This document shows positions 47,290 through 59,276 of a stretch of 64,000 bases of DNA, in pieces. A program made the position numbers and the translations under genes. The number at the start of each line of letters is the position of its first letter. Positions within the stretch are counted from its first letter, which is position 1. This DNA is from Yuukianura sp. NJ FZ-2021 (Eukaryota), in contig CM102286.1 in NCBI GenBank assembly GCA_046563655.1, positions 6,572,001 through 6,636,000 on the forward strand, read 5' to 3'. Below the pieces are notes generated by a model. That model worked only from the letters and a program-made list of their open reading frames with translations. It had not been told where the DNA came from and did no database searches.

Positions 47290-48836
47290 GTGAGTACCAT
47301 CGTTTAAATTGTCCATTCTAATTTTGCCTATCGCAGGTATACACTGAATCCCTGACATTAACTTCACGCTAAAAGTCTATTTCTGGCCTGCTTAAGTGTT
47401 GAATGCATTCATTTGACGTTGAAAATCAATGTGAGTGTGTGAATGAGTGACGGAAGACTGTGACCTGTGACAAGAAAGCATCCATATTAAAACCAGTTTG
47501 GTTGACAACTGACAGGCTGACGGCCCAAGAAATACTTCAATGACACAACATGCCTGGAATGTTTACTTGAATTCACTAGAAACTTACGAACGACGCTTGT
47601 TGTTAAATACAGAAATGACACAACAACGAATTTCACTTAACGCCTTTTTTTTTCTTTGCCAAACATGAGAGTTTTTCCGTTGTTATTTTCTGACGACATT
47701 GACATATCACGAACATGTTATAATCTTTTCATATTCACAAAAAATTGAGTTGTGATTAAGTTTCACATACTTGGTACTAAAACCGTTTACAAACCATGAG
47801 GTTTGGCTGACTTCAAATTCACCACGGTTTGCGCTAATTTCTAATGCGTAATTCTTAAGTTATTTTGCTTAATATTATTTTTTTAAATTCAAAAGTCGTT
47901 TCAATTGTTTAGCTTGCTGGTCTATTCTTCGGGTTAACTCTACAGAAATGTTAGCCGTAAAAAATTTGTTTAATTTTATACGATAATTCAGTTTTGAAGT
48001 TGTCGGAATGAACCTTTAAAACGGCTTGAGCTAATTTGGAATTAACTTGTTTTCTTTTTGTTTTCAACGCGAAAAACTAACTGCGACAAAACAAGGTTTT
48101 TCACAGCTTTTTATTGGTGTCCTTCAGCAGAAAAAGATGACTGGATGAACTTTTGCAAAAGTTGACGAACAGGGGTTATCCCTATTAACCCGTTAATGCT
48201 CATTGTGATTTTGAAATTTTTTATAAAGAAAAACAGGTTTTATGGTTTTATGATAAAGAAATGGCCGGAGGGGAACTAATTTTTAATTTGGAAACGCACT
48301 CTCGTCAATTCATTAACATAATTATTACCAAATTCTGGACGATGGAGCTCTTCTATCACCAAATTTTTCATCTTTGGCAACGTTCTGCCTCACAACGTGC
48401 CAAAAAGTGATTTACGACGTAATGTGTATTAATTTGTACATGACACGCGTAGCTGAAAAATGACTCGAACCTATTTAATTTCTGGGTATTTGGATTTTGA
48501 ACTACCCAAAAGGATAAGATTAGCGTTTCTAATAAGGCGAAAGTTTTATACGTTAATCCCGGAAAGTGGAGAAACTCTCATTAAAGTGGATGATTTGGAA
48601 AAGTAGAATCTAATAAAAAGATTGATGGTGTCAGTGCAATCAGCGTGCTTTATTATTTTGTGGGTGAGTCGTAAAATCATAAAATAACATCCATTTCAAT
48701 AAAGTAGTTACAGATCAAATAAATTAAACCTACTGATCAAAATCATTGCAGGTCATAAATCCAGAATGCCAAAGGCAATGTTGGTTTCGTTAACTGTAAG
48801 TAATAGCAGTCTCGCGATTTGAATTTTCACGTCTAC

Positions 48837-48863
48837 TTTTTTTTTTTTTTTTTTTTTTTTTTT
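48837..48863. repeat. Poly(T)27 tract
   Basis: Direct reading of the sequence. Confidence 0.95.
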
Positions 48864-51800
48864 ATTTGCCATTTATTCTTGTCATTTTTCTTTCATAATT
48901 GTTAGTGACAAGATACCCACGCTAGTGGCTTTACATCTTGTCAATTGAATTATCAGTCTTTAATCTTTCATTAACCCGTTCGATTGTGTTTTTTTTAACG
49001 TTTAAAATAAATATACTTGACTTTTTTCTTCCTGATGAATTAAAACCACCAAAATATATTTCAAAAATATATTGATTTTACTTGCTAACTGATTGCAAAT
49101 ATTCAAAACAAAATTCTCTACTATAGTAAACCATTTTTAGAGTACGTTGTTCAACACATTTCTGCTTCGTTTTTGTTTGTATACAATGCAACTGAAACAT
49201 CGCAATGCGAAAAATCTTAAAACTCAAGTCATCCGGTCATTCCATAAATTCCAAGCATTTTTGGATCACTCCATAAATGGAAGCAGTAAAGTACATAAAA
49301 AACATACAAAGCAGTAAAAGCAAGGCTCATTTTCTTGGGTTTTACGTTTGAAGATGTTACATCTTTTTGCAGTTTCTTGTTTCAATTCTGAGGAGTTGTT
49401 TTGAAAAGGATTTTATCCCAACTTATTATGAATGTGATTCAAGTGTGTAAATTCTTAAAACTAGTTGTCCTTGAATTTTGTATTTTTTAAAGAATAATAA
49501 GTTCGTATCTTCGTATGTCCTTTGAACGTCTGTTGCTGCGGTTGGTCGGCCATCATGGGGGTAAAGCTGGGCGGAATGAAAACACGTAAATTTCAAAAAA
49601 CCAACATTTTTAATGTAAAATCATTTTTACTTGGTTCTTTTTGTTTTGTTTGTTGAACGTCCTTGTTACTGTTGTTATTATGAGGCGTTTTTGTTTTTTA
49701 TTGCTTCCACAAATCTCTGCAAGGCAAGGGAATCAATTCTCTTTCAGCTGTCAAATGCCATGAAGGTGTTGAATTGGGAAAGTAATTATTCTGTTCCTTG
49801 ACTGCTTCTTCATTAGCACTACCAAGAATTCAGGAAATTAAGTGCTCAAGTCTTTATCTCTTTTTGTAGGATGTTTCTCTCTGAATGTACCGAGTTATGA
49901 TTCAAATTGAAGATGGACAATACTTGACAATTTCTTGACATTGTGAAATCGCACTGTGAAAAATTGTTTTGTCAAAAACAAGTTTTCTAAAAGTGATATT
50001 GGCAAGTTTTCCATGTTCAATCGTATTTTAAAGGTGTGACACTATATGACCCGACGCCAATGACAAATTTTAATTCGCAATGTTTTAGCATTTCAGGTTC
50101 TTCTGGTTTACTACAAAACCTCAACGAAAAACGTTAACCTTGGAATCCGAAAAGAAATTTTGCGATCACCAATTTTGCGAACTTTGCAATAACCTCTCAT
50201 CACTCACTTATTACTCTAGGTGTTCCCAAGGATTAACTTAAATCGGTAGTTACGAAAGAATGTTGTTTGCCGTACAGCATACTCTGATATTCTCATTAAA
50301 TTTTTGAATTGCCACTTTCAAAAACAGTTCCTTAGAAAGGGGATGATCAATTGCAATTTCAATTTGCGAAGTAAAGTCGATATCCAGTTTCTTATGTTAA
50401 AGTACACCCGCTAGTGGAACTACGGAACAAGGGGGCCTTAGAAACAATGGTAATTACGGTAAAACACATCAATCAAACGTTGAGACTTCTGGAGTTGCGT
50501 GTCTACCACTATCACCTTTCCAACACAACTCGGTGTTTGACTTCATGTCTATTTGAAAACACTTCCTTTGTTGGAAATTCCATATGAATTTGGCACATGA
50601 CCTCAAAATTTTGATACGTTCTTCCAAATGACTTGTGGCAACAACAATACCCGGATTTAGTGTCGAATGTAAGTTGGAGCTTCTGCTTAAAGCCAGTCGC
50701 AGAGTGACTCAGGATGACGAATGGTGCCTTGATGTATGCTTATGTAGATGATGGTGACTGGTGTTAGGATGATCATCATCCTCTCATCCCTTGAAGTCGT
50801 CTTTGACAGATGATGCTGAAAGACTAATGGTGAAACGTGCTTATGGCTTTGTTTAACGAATTTTTTAATTAGAAAAAGAGTTCACAGTAACTTTTGGAAC
50901 TTGGATGATGAATTAGACACTACTGTTATTTGGATGGATTAATTGTGAATGACTACACTCTCTTTTATTCATTGTCAAAACGGATTTAGTAGAGTTGGAA
51001 CTCGTATTTCAAAATTTAAGTCTGTCTCTAATTACTTGCTTCAAATCGACACACTTCAAATTTCAAAATATTGTAACAAGAACCTTTCAAAAATAAATTT
51101 CCACTTTTACTTTCAAGATGAATTGCTTTTAAATTGGTCCCTAAGCCGTAGGTGGAGTGTAAACAGGTCTATGCTATGCTTTGCATTTTAATTAATTAGA
51201 ATCTGCTTCAAAGAATGCGTTTTGTTTTTTAATTTTTTTTCAATTAAGTGCATGAAGAATACCCTTGGGTTTTTATTTTTGGAATTTGCGAAGTTTGAAT
51301 TACTGCATGAAATTGAAAATGAGTAGAAGAATCTACAACCTCTCGAGATTTCTTCTAGAAGGAAAGTGGAATGAGTAATGAGGAATGCTGGGGTTGATGC
51401 CCCTGCGTTGTATGTATGCATGTCGGAATCTATGAGCAAAACCATCTGATTCGATTGGCGATGAAAGAATATTTCACCATTTTTCACCTTTTCAAAAAAT
51501 TTCTTCGAAAGTAGTTCAAAAATCAAAAACTTCTACTAGTTAAAAGCACAGAAGTACTAGTATTCTTTAATCCTGGGAAAACAAGGTATTAAATACCACA
51601 CAATAAAACTAAATATTTTGTAATGCAAATTAGGTTTCATCTCTCTGTTTACGTTATTGAATCCTATTATCCACTTGATCCGCAACATCCGAGTAGCCCT
51701 TTAGCACTTTTAATGTTTGCAAAGACAATTTTTCCCTGGATGCGTGAGACCTGACATTGAAAAAAAATGAGTTTGCCGGAACAGGGTTCAGAAAGAGTTA

Positions 51801-52865
51801 CAACAGATCGCCAGTAGCCAAATCCTAGAGTCAGCAGAATAATATTTTAAGTTTCTGCTTGGCTTTTGATTTTACTGAATTCTAGAAAAGCCCTTACCCC
51901 CGTGGGCAGACGCAGATTTAATGGAGAAATAAAGTAGGAGTGGAGGATCGTATTTGGGTATAAGAAAGATGGATCGGATTTAAAGGCGGATGCCTGCTGG
52001 TGCGCTTTCATTTGTAATGACTTTCCTTTATGCCCTAGCAACATAGGTTATGTTAAAGTTATTGTTCCATGCTTTTACTTTATTATCTCGCTGGAATGGA
52101 CACTACTTCTCTGGAGGGCCAGTTAGTCAACCTACTTGCTCTGGACCCACCTGCCTCTATTTCCTTACGTCTGGAAACAAAAGGCTATTGTTTCCTTGTA
52201 GATCCAATATTCTCTTATTATTATTTCCGCCCTTGTTGTTTTACTTTCATTGTTTTATTCCGCCTTTTTCCGAAATGGATAAACGAGGTTTTTCTCGAAA
52301 AAACACCTCCAGCTATTCTGCATTGTTTCGGGTTTCCTTTAATAAAACACTTATCGATCCTTTATGATGACAACATTCCCAAGGTTCACGTGGTGAGTGG
52401 AGAAAAGCCACAAAGCTTGATGGTAGTGCTTTTTTAGGTTATGTTCCTACAACCACTAAAAGTAGACACAAAAGAAATAAAAACTTGTTTACCCTCAAAA
52501 ATATGACAGTGAATTAGGGCTAAAATAATCAAACAAGGAATCTAAATTCGACGAGTATTTTCTCCTATGTTTTTCCCATTTACGGAAAAAGGAGGAGAAA
52601 GTTTACTTTCATCTAGTAGGAGTTAACAAACTGTGTACAAGTATTAATTTTTAATAGAATTCAATTGAAAAATTGGAACTATGAAATTTTGTAAAAAAAA
52701 AAAAAAAAAATAAACTCGGGTTTAAGTTATGTCCGGGGTTTTAGTTAAGAAAAAATTGGAATTTTCAACACGTTTAAAAAATTAGCCAAATCTGTAAAAT
52801 TAGCACTATAGAGAGTTCCTGACTTTCTGTCTTTGAAGTTTGGAGGATTAGGTGGCAAAAGCTAA

Positions 52866-54050
52866 CGCTCGGTACGGACTTACCGTGCTGCTGCCTTGAC
52901 GATGCTTTGCTGCGCTGTTTTTGTTAAAAATCGCCGATCCTAACTTACTTGTGCCTTGCACGTGCTGTGCTGCCTCATTTTGGCAAGGCAACGACAGAGC
53001 AAGGGAAAGCATCCTAACTTCCCGTTTTGCGTACCGTGCTGCTGCTCTTACCGTGCTCTTTTGAAAGTAGGGACGGAAGCAACTTTTGAGGAAGCACGAC
53101 CAGAGCACTATGGTTGTTTTTTGTTATTTTTTTGGTTCTCATGGAATCAAATAAATTTTGTAGCATTTACAATTTTTATTTTGTTCATTTTCTGTTAAAG
53201 TTAGTTTTGAATGTTGTGAATGGGCTGTATGAATAAATTAAATCCCATGTTCAATTGCCTCATTCGTACTTGTATGTTAGAAAGAAACGCTCCTTCATTT
53301 CTGTTTTCCCTTTGAGTCAAGTACATCGTCAAAGCCATTTTGGAAATTATGAAATTGAGTTTAAAAATACGTCACAGAAAAGTAGCGAAGGCATTCTTTG
53401 TAGTGGGTTTGTTCAAATAGTGGTGAATGGATGTGTTTGTGTCTTGAGCGGATTCTGCCGAGGAAGAGGGAGAAAGATGGAGGGAAGATAGGCTAGTCCG
53501 GCAGAAAAGTCTTGTCAAGTCAAAAAGCGAAAGGTCGATGACCTGAAATCAAATGATTTTGACAAAGAGGTAGTATTGAGAATTATGGCGGCTGGAATAT
53601 GTGAAGGCGATAAATATGATGCGCTTGGGAAAGTTTTTGCGAAAAACATGAGAAACTTGGGAATGCAAAACAGACAGTCGTTTTTGGAAGTGAAACTTAA
53701 AATTACCTCAGTTATTAACCAAGCTGAAAACGAATTACTCAGTTAATCCTTTTTTGTAGATTATTTTCAGTGCTAATTATTATAATGTTATTATTTAGAA
53801 TACGGCGAAGCACAGGTAACTTAACAGCCAATAGTAACTTTGATGGAGCCATTTTGCTTGAACAAGATTTTTCTTCCCGTAACTTACCGATCCTAACTTA
53901 CTGCAAGAAATTCGCGCAGAGCATGAGCACGGTAAGCAGAGAGCATGTTGTGCTTGCGCAAAAAATTGGGAAGTTAGGATGCTAACAATGCAAAGCACGG
54001 GGATGCCACGGCAACAGCACAGCAGCAGCACAGTAAGTCCGTAGCAGGCG
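52866..54050 (+). mobile_element. Non-autonomous PIF/Harbinger derivative (1185 bp)
   Basis: TAA duplication at 52863-52865 and 54051-54053; TIR CGCTCGGTACGGACTTACCGTGCTGCTGC versus reverse complement of the right end (25 of 29); subterminal GTGCT/AGCAC and ATCCTAACTT/AAGTTAGGAT motifs in inverted orientation. Confidence 0.8.
53492..53746 (+). pseudogene. Remnant C-terminus of a Harbinger DNA-binding (MADF/Myb-BESS-like) protein
   Basis: ASPAEKSCQVKKRKVDD...DKYDALGKVFAKNMRNLGMQNRQSFLEVKLKITSVINQAENELLS*; NLS-like KKRKV and a BESS-like helical pattern; preceded by an in-frame TAG at 53489. Confidence 0.55.
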
Positions 54051-57000
54051 TAAGACTGTTCAAAGCCTTTGCTTAATCTGGGATTGTGGAATGACGGAGT
54101 TAGAGTGAAAGTCAGCAGTGTTTCCGGTTGTAGCAAATCTAGTAATAATAAATTGAATCATCATTAGTCAGGTTTAGATTGCACATTACTACCAATAGTA
54201 AAGGCAATGCAATTCCAAACTTTTGTCGTTCTCTCAAGGAACAAGGATTTGAGCCAAAGAAAGTCAATTTTCTGTCTCCTAGGGACACCCTTGCCCGATT
54301 CCTTTGAAATTAACTTGTCCCAAATAATGGGATTTTAGTGATATTAGAAATGTGTTTCCAAAAATGATGTTTTCAAGCAGGGAGATGTAGGAAGTTGGAA
54401 GCTGAAGCAGAAAGAGCAGGACGTGTGGCGTGATGGAAGGAATAGAAGTGGGCTCATTAGTACAAGAATCCGTTTCACTTTACGCAACTTACACCCGCTT
54501 TCTCCGACTTCCCCTTTAAATTGGAAAACTCTAAAGTTTGTTCTTTGTTCCGAAATACACGAGGGGAGATGATGAATATGTTTCTCATCCTTGACGCTTC
54601 CATTCTTGTTAACTTTTCTATCCGCGTGTCTCCTTTACTTTCTCCAACCAAAACGTCTCTTAACAATTCACGTCTAAAATGGACCTAAACTTCTGAATGT
54701 TAAGGACTTTAAAAGAAACTTTCTGGAGATTAAACTAGGATTCAAGTACGAACTTTTAAAGACTAGAGAGCTTCTGGACTGTTTCCGCGTGAAAAGTGTT
54801 CCAAAACTAGTATTGTGAGTTTCAAATGATGCAATTATGAATGATAATAAGAAAACGAACGAAACGGAGTTTTGAGTTTCTGATTTTTAGCGTTGTTGGA
54901 TTTTTTTTTCCAAAAGTCGTGTTACTTTTTTGAGGAAAGAATTTTCCCAATTTTCCAAATGAGAAGGAATTGGGAACTGCGAGAAAAGCTTCCTGAAGGG
55001 GAAAAAGAAGGAATCCGAATGAAATTGGAAGAAAAGAAAGTATACTGTGTCCCCTGCTGGTGCCATAAAAAAAGCATTCGTTGCTTCGCTTGCACGCTTT
55101 GTCTTCTTTATTGACAGGCGTGATGAGTATTTTTATTTTTGGGCTAATGCTTGCCAATTTTCCGAGTTTTGGGCAACACGAACGAAAAATCCTTTTCTCT
55201 ATGGAATCCACCAGGTACTATATTGAGTCCACCGTGTTAGTGCTAGGGGAGGAATCTCACCGAGTTAGTGTCATCCTACGGTTCACTACCCCCAGAAAAA
55301 TGTTTTGAAGAAAGAAATAGTTCGCAGAGGATACTGTATCTAATAGTAGGGTACTGAAAGAAGCTTGGAGCTTTGTGAATCGGCAGCAGATTCGCAGAGT
55401 TTTCTCGACGTTGGAAAGAAAACCTATTGACTCTGGATTTAAGTGGAAGCGGGAGCTTCCTGTCACTCATTTTTCCTTCTGTTCTTTTTTCTTCTTTTTT
55501 AACTTACTAGGATATCAATGGGTGACGCAAAGAGATCCATCCGGAGTGGCAGTTCAAAGTGAAAAGAAAGGAGTCTCCTGTCTACAAAGATTTCACAATG
55601 ACAAGCTGTTAAAATGTAGCCTTATTAAATAGTATTAGAAATGGTGAGAGGCAACTGGAGTTTTGGAACTGACGCAACAACTGAAGCAATTTTCCTGGAA
55701 ACAGACACAACAAAAAAGTTAGCTCACTAGCAGGCGTCTGTATGAATTTCACGAAAAAATTGGACTATGTATTTTTTTAATTAAAAAACTTTCTCTCAAC
55801 TTTACCTTTCATTTCTCCGCCAATGGTGAAAAGAGTATTAGCATGTTTGAAGTGAAGCTTTTAGTTTTCGGCACACGGTGTTAAGTCCTGTTTACTTAAA
55901 ATATGGCTGGTGTGTGTCTGTTGTTAAGTTGGGAAAAGACATAAGTAGTTGCCTGGGCCGTCCAGAAAGCACAAAGTGACGTGCTAACTGTCAAGTACAA
56001 GGCGGCACGGAGTTCTTAGTACTGGTTACTACCTTTTCCTCCATCTTCGTGCCTTGATCTATTATTCCAAGTGGATGGAACTCGTTCTGAAATTCAAATA
56101 TAGAGAGCCTTTTAGAGAAGCCATTAATTATGAAGTTGATATGAAGTGATCTAAAGTATTCATAAAGTACATGGTACTTAAGAAAGTTTTTTCCCAGCGT
56201 TAGAAATAACTGTTGAGAAGAAAGTACCGAGATAAAAAAATAGAATGACTTAATTAGGTGGTACAAATTATAGAGGCCGCTCCCCTCGAATCCTAGTAGA
56301 AGGCTGAATGGTCTAAGAAATGACTTCTTTCTGGCAGTTACTTGAAATTGCTACAAAGTGAAAGTGGGATGTAAATTTGAGCGAATGAAGTAATTTTTGT
56401 CACCATCAATGACTGCAGTGTGTACTGTGTTATGTACGATTCGTGTTATGAAAAGAAATTTGCGACGGCGAATACTAGCGACAGAGCAGAGTATATAGGA
56501 CATTACTAATAGTGCTAAAAAATCAATGCATATGATTTATTATGTGGGGGTGTACAACTAGAAACGGCTTTCATTCTCAATGCAATAATCATTGACCAAA
56601 TATTACCCAACATTGTGGAATGTTATAAACTGTTTCCAGTTCTTTTTTATACATTAAGAACTGCGGCTACTAGAAATACGCTTTTGTGTTAATGGTAGAA
56701 AAAGTAGACGGAAGTGTAACTATACAAACACATGCGATTTTCCCTAATATTAAGCTTTGCGTTCCCATTAGTTTCTCCCGGCATTATTCGATCCAAAGGG
56801 TGCAGATTATTTTTGCAAACAAAAGCCTACACGACGTAATGCTGGACACCTTGCTGTTTACTACGTCAGCACCTAACAAACACCCTCAATTACTCATGCT
56901 TAGAACTTCTAAGGGCGAAACACTTTTTTGAGTTACTTTTATGCTCAAAGAATTATGCGCAAGAGTGGTTTTTTTATGTGTTATCCTATTCAATTGAAGT

Positions 57001-59205
57001 TCGCTGAACAAAGGGCAGAGATTATTCAAGTACAAGAATTTCATTTCATTAACAATAATGTTTATCGTCGTCATGTTTTCCTTTGAACTTGTTTCCAAGT
57101 CTTTGGAAGTATTACGACAAATTACTGAAGCTCTTGGGGGCAAAGGATTTTTAACGGGACTTTTGACACAAGAGCATTAGCAGTACAGCTTCAAAATAAA
57201 GGCAAAAATGGATTATGAAGGAGAAAACTTTTGAAACTGTTAAGTACCGCCGGAGCTCTTGAGAACTTTAATATTGGCGGAGGATCTTTAGACTTTAATT
57301 TGTTTTGTACAAAAAGAAAAGAAGGTCGATTAGCCAAGGCAATTACAGCGTACACGAGAAGAGGTTTTGCCATGAGATAAGTGCTCTAGAGCCTGTCCAG
57401 ATTTTGTTGTCTTTTGAGACTTTTCCTTAGCTTTTGTAATGAATATTATACTTATTACCATTTTAGCTTGTCCTGGTTTCTTAAAATTTTGGGCTCTGAA
57501 TTCTAAATTTTTCTCCCGCCACCAAATATCAAACGTCATAAATAAAAATGTGAAAGTGAAATCACTTCCAAGAAACAACGAAAAACTCCGTCCGAATTCA
57601 GGAACCTATGTTCCAAAATTGGACAAAGTTTCTAGTCACGTTCAATGCGGATGCCCTCTGCCTAGATGTACCGCTCCAGTTTTTGTATTGTGTAAGCCTG
57701 GATTGAAAAACCTCTTTCAAAACTTACACTCCCTAAGTCTCTGTCTGGCTTAACTTTTGGAATAGAAAACAAGAAGGAGAAGGCTTCGTATGGCTATGTA
57801 TAATTTTTCACTGAGGAAGAAAAATGAGTTGTCTCACAAGAAGAAAGCCACTGACTCCCCAATACTTTCCCAAATATTCCCAGACCCATCCCAAAGGTGC
57901 CCTCCGGAACGTGGCTCTGGAGAAAATTCATATAAATTCATCCTGAAGGGCACAGGGCACAAGGTTGACTTGGAAAATGGATCCGGAGACCTTCCATCAG
58001 TTTCCATTTGGGCTCAGCCCCATTCAAACAGGGTTACTTCAACTTCCTTTGTGCAGAATGTAAAAATCAAAAGAGACGTGGAAGGAGAAAGTCCTTTAAA
58101 AGAAAGCACTCTCTTCAAATACCCACAGAAGGCTCGGATTTCCTTTGCAAACCGCATGTAATACATTGAGCACTCTCACATTAGCATATCGTGGAGGTGC
58201 CCACCTCTTTCACGGAAACCTTCCTCCACTTTCACCAAAGGAATTTCACAGTTACTCTAGGTCTTTCTGAGCCAAATATTAAATTAGGCTTCCTTTTTAC
58301 CTTTCACATGCTAGCGACTACGCTGTTTGGTTCCAACAAAAGGGCAGAAAAGCCTCAGAACTCGACCGCGTCACCCCAACAGAACTTTCCCCTTTGGCTT
58401 CAGAGGTTGCAAACCGCACAGAAAAAAAGAAGTCAACCTAACTTCACTTTTAATACTCAAACAGCCCAAGACTGGAAAATGGGCAGAACTCAAATATTTT
58501 CATTCGAGGTTGCTCGAGAGCTTCGCCCTACTTTTTCATTTCTAAGAAACTTCGGAACAATGAAACAGTGCTAGGGCAGTTTGAGGTTTCCAAATTAAAT
58601 CCCATAGATTTTTTTAAATAACCTTTTAAAGTTGCTAACAATTTTGAGAAGGAGTGTTGTTGTTTTTCCTGAAGGTTTGTTGCTATTTTAACGTGAATTT
58701 TGAAATGTTCAAGCTGATTTGATATTCTTGTAATTATGCTATGCACCATTATTATTTGGATCCTGCCTTTTCTTTTTTTCCTTCAATTTACATAAATCAT
58801 AATCATTTTGTGGCAGATTTCCATAATTGAGTTAAACTGAAAAGTGAACTTCAAAAATAAACGAAGAACCATTTCGACCAATATTTGCTGTCTTTACCTC
58901 CATTATTTAACAAAAAAGAAAGGCGTAATTTCCGTTCTAAAAAAGAAATTTTAAGGAAATTGAAAAATATAACTCCAAAGATTGGGAACATAAATTAATT
59001 TCCGAAACCGGTGTAAATTATTTGCGCTTTTTTTCAAAATATGTTTACCTTTTTCTCCGTCTTAAAAAATGCGTAACAAGACGGTTTAATCGTTCCATCT
59101 TAAATTATTCAAAATTCTACTTCAGATTCTTTGAGAAGCAAAAACGGTTTTCCATATCCTTTGGATGCGCAATCTCAGTCTTGTTAGAGGTTCGGAATGT
59201 AACGT

Positions 59206-59276
59206 AGCAGATTTTTTTTTTTTAGATCTATACTTGAATCTCAAATTCAAGTATAGAGATCTCAAAACAATCTGCT
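59206..59276. repeat. ~70-nt hairpin-forming inverted repeat
   Basis: Perfect 13-bp stem TCTATACTTGAAT/ATTCAAGTATAGA with 5-nt loop, extended by AGCAGATT/AATCTGCT. Confidence 0.8.
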
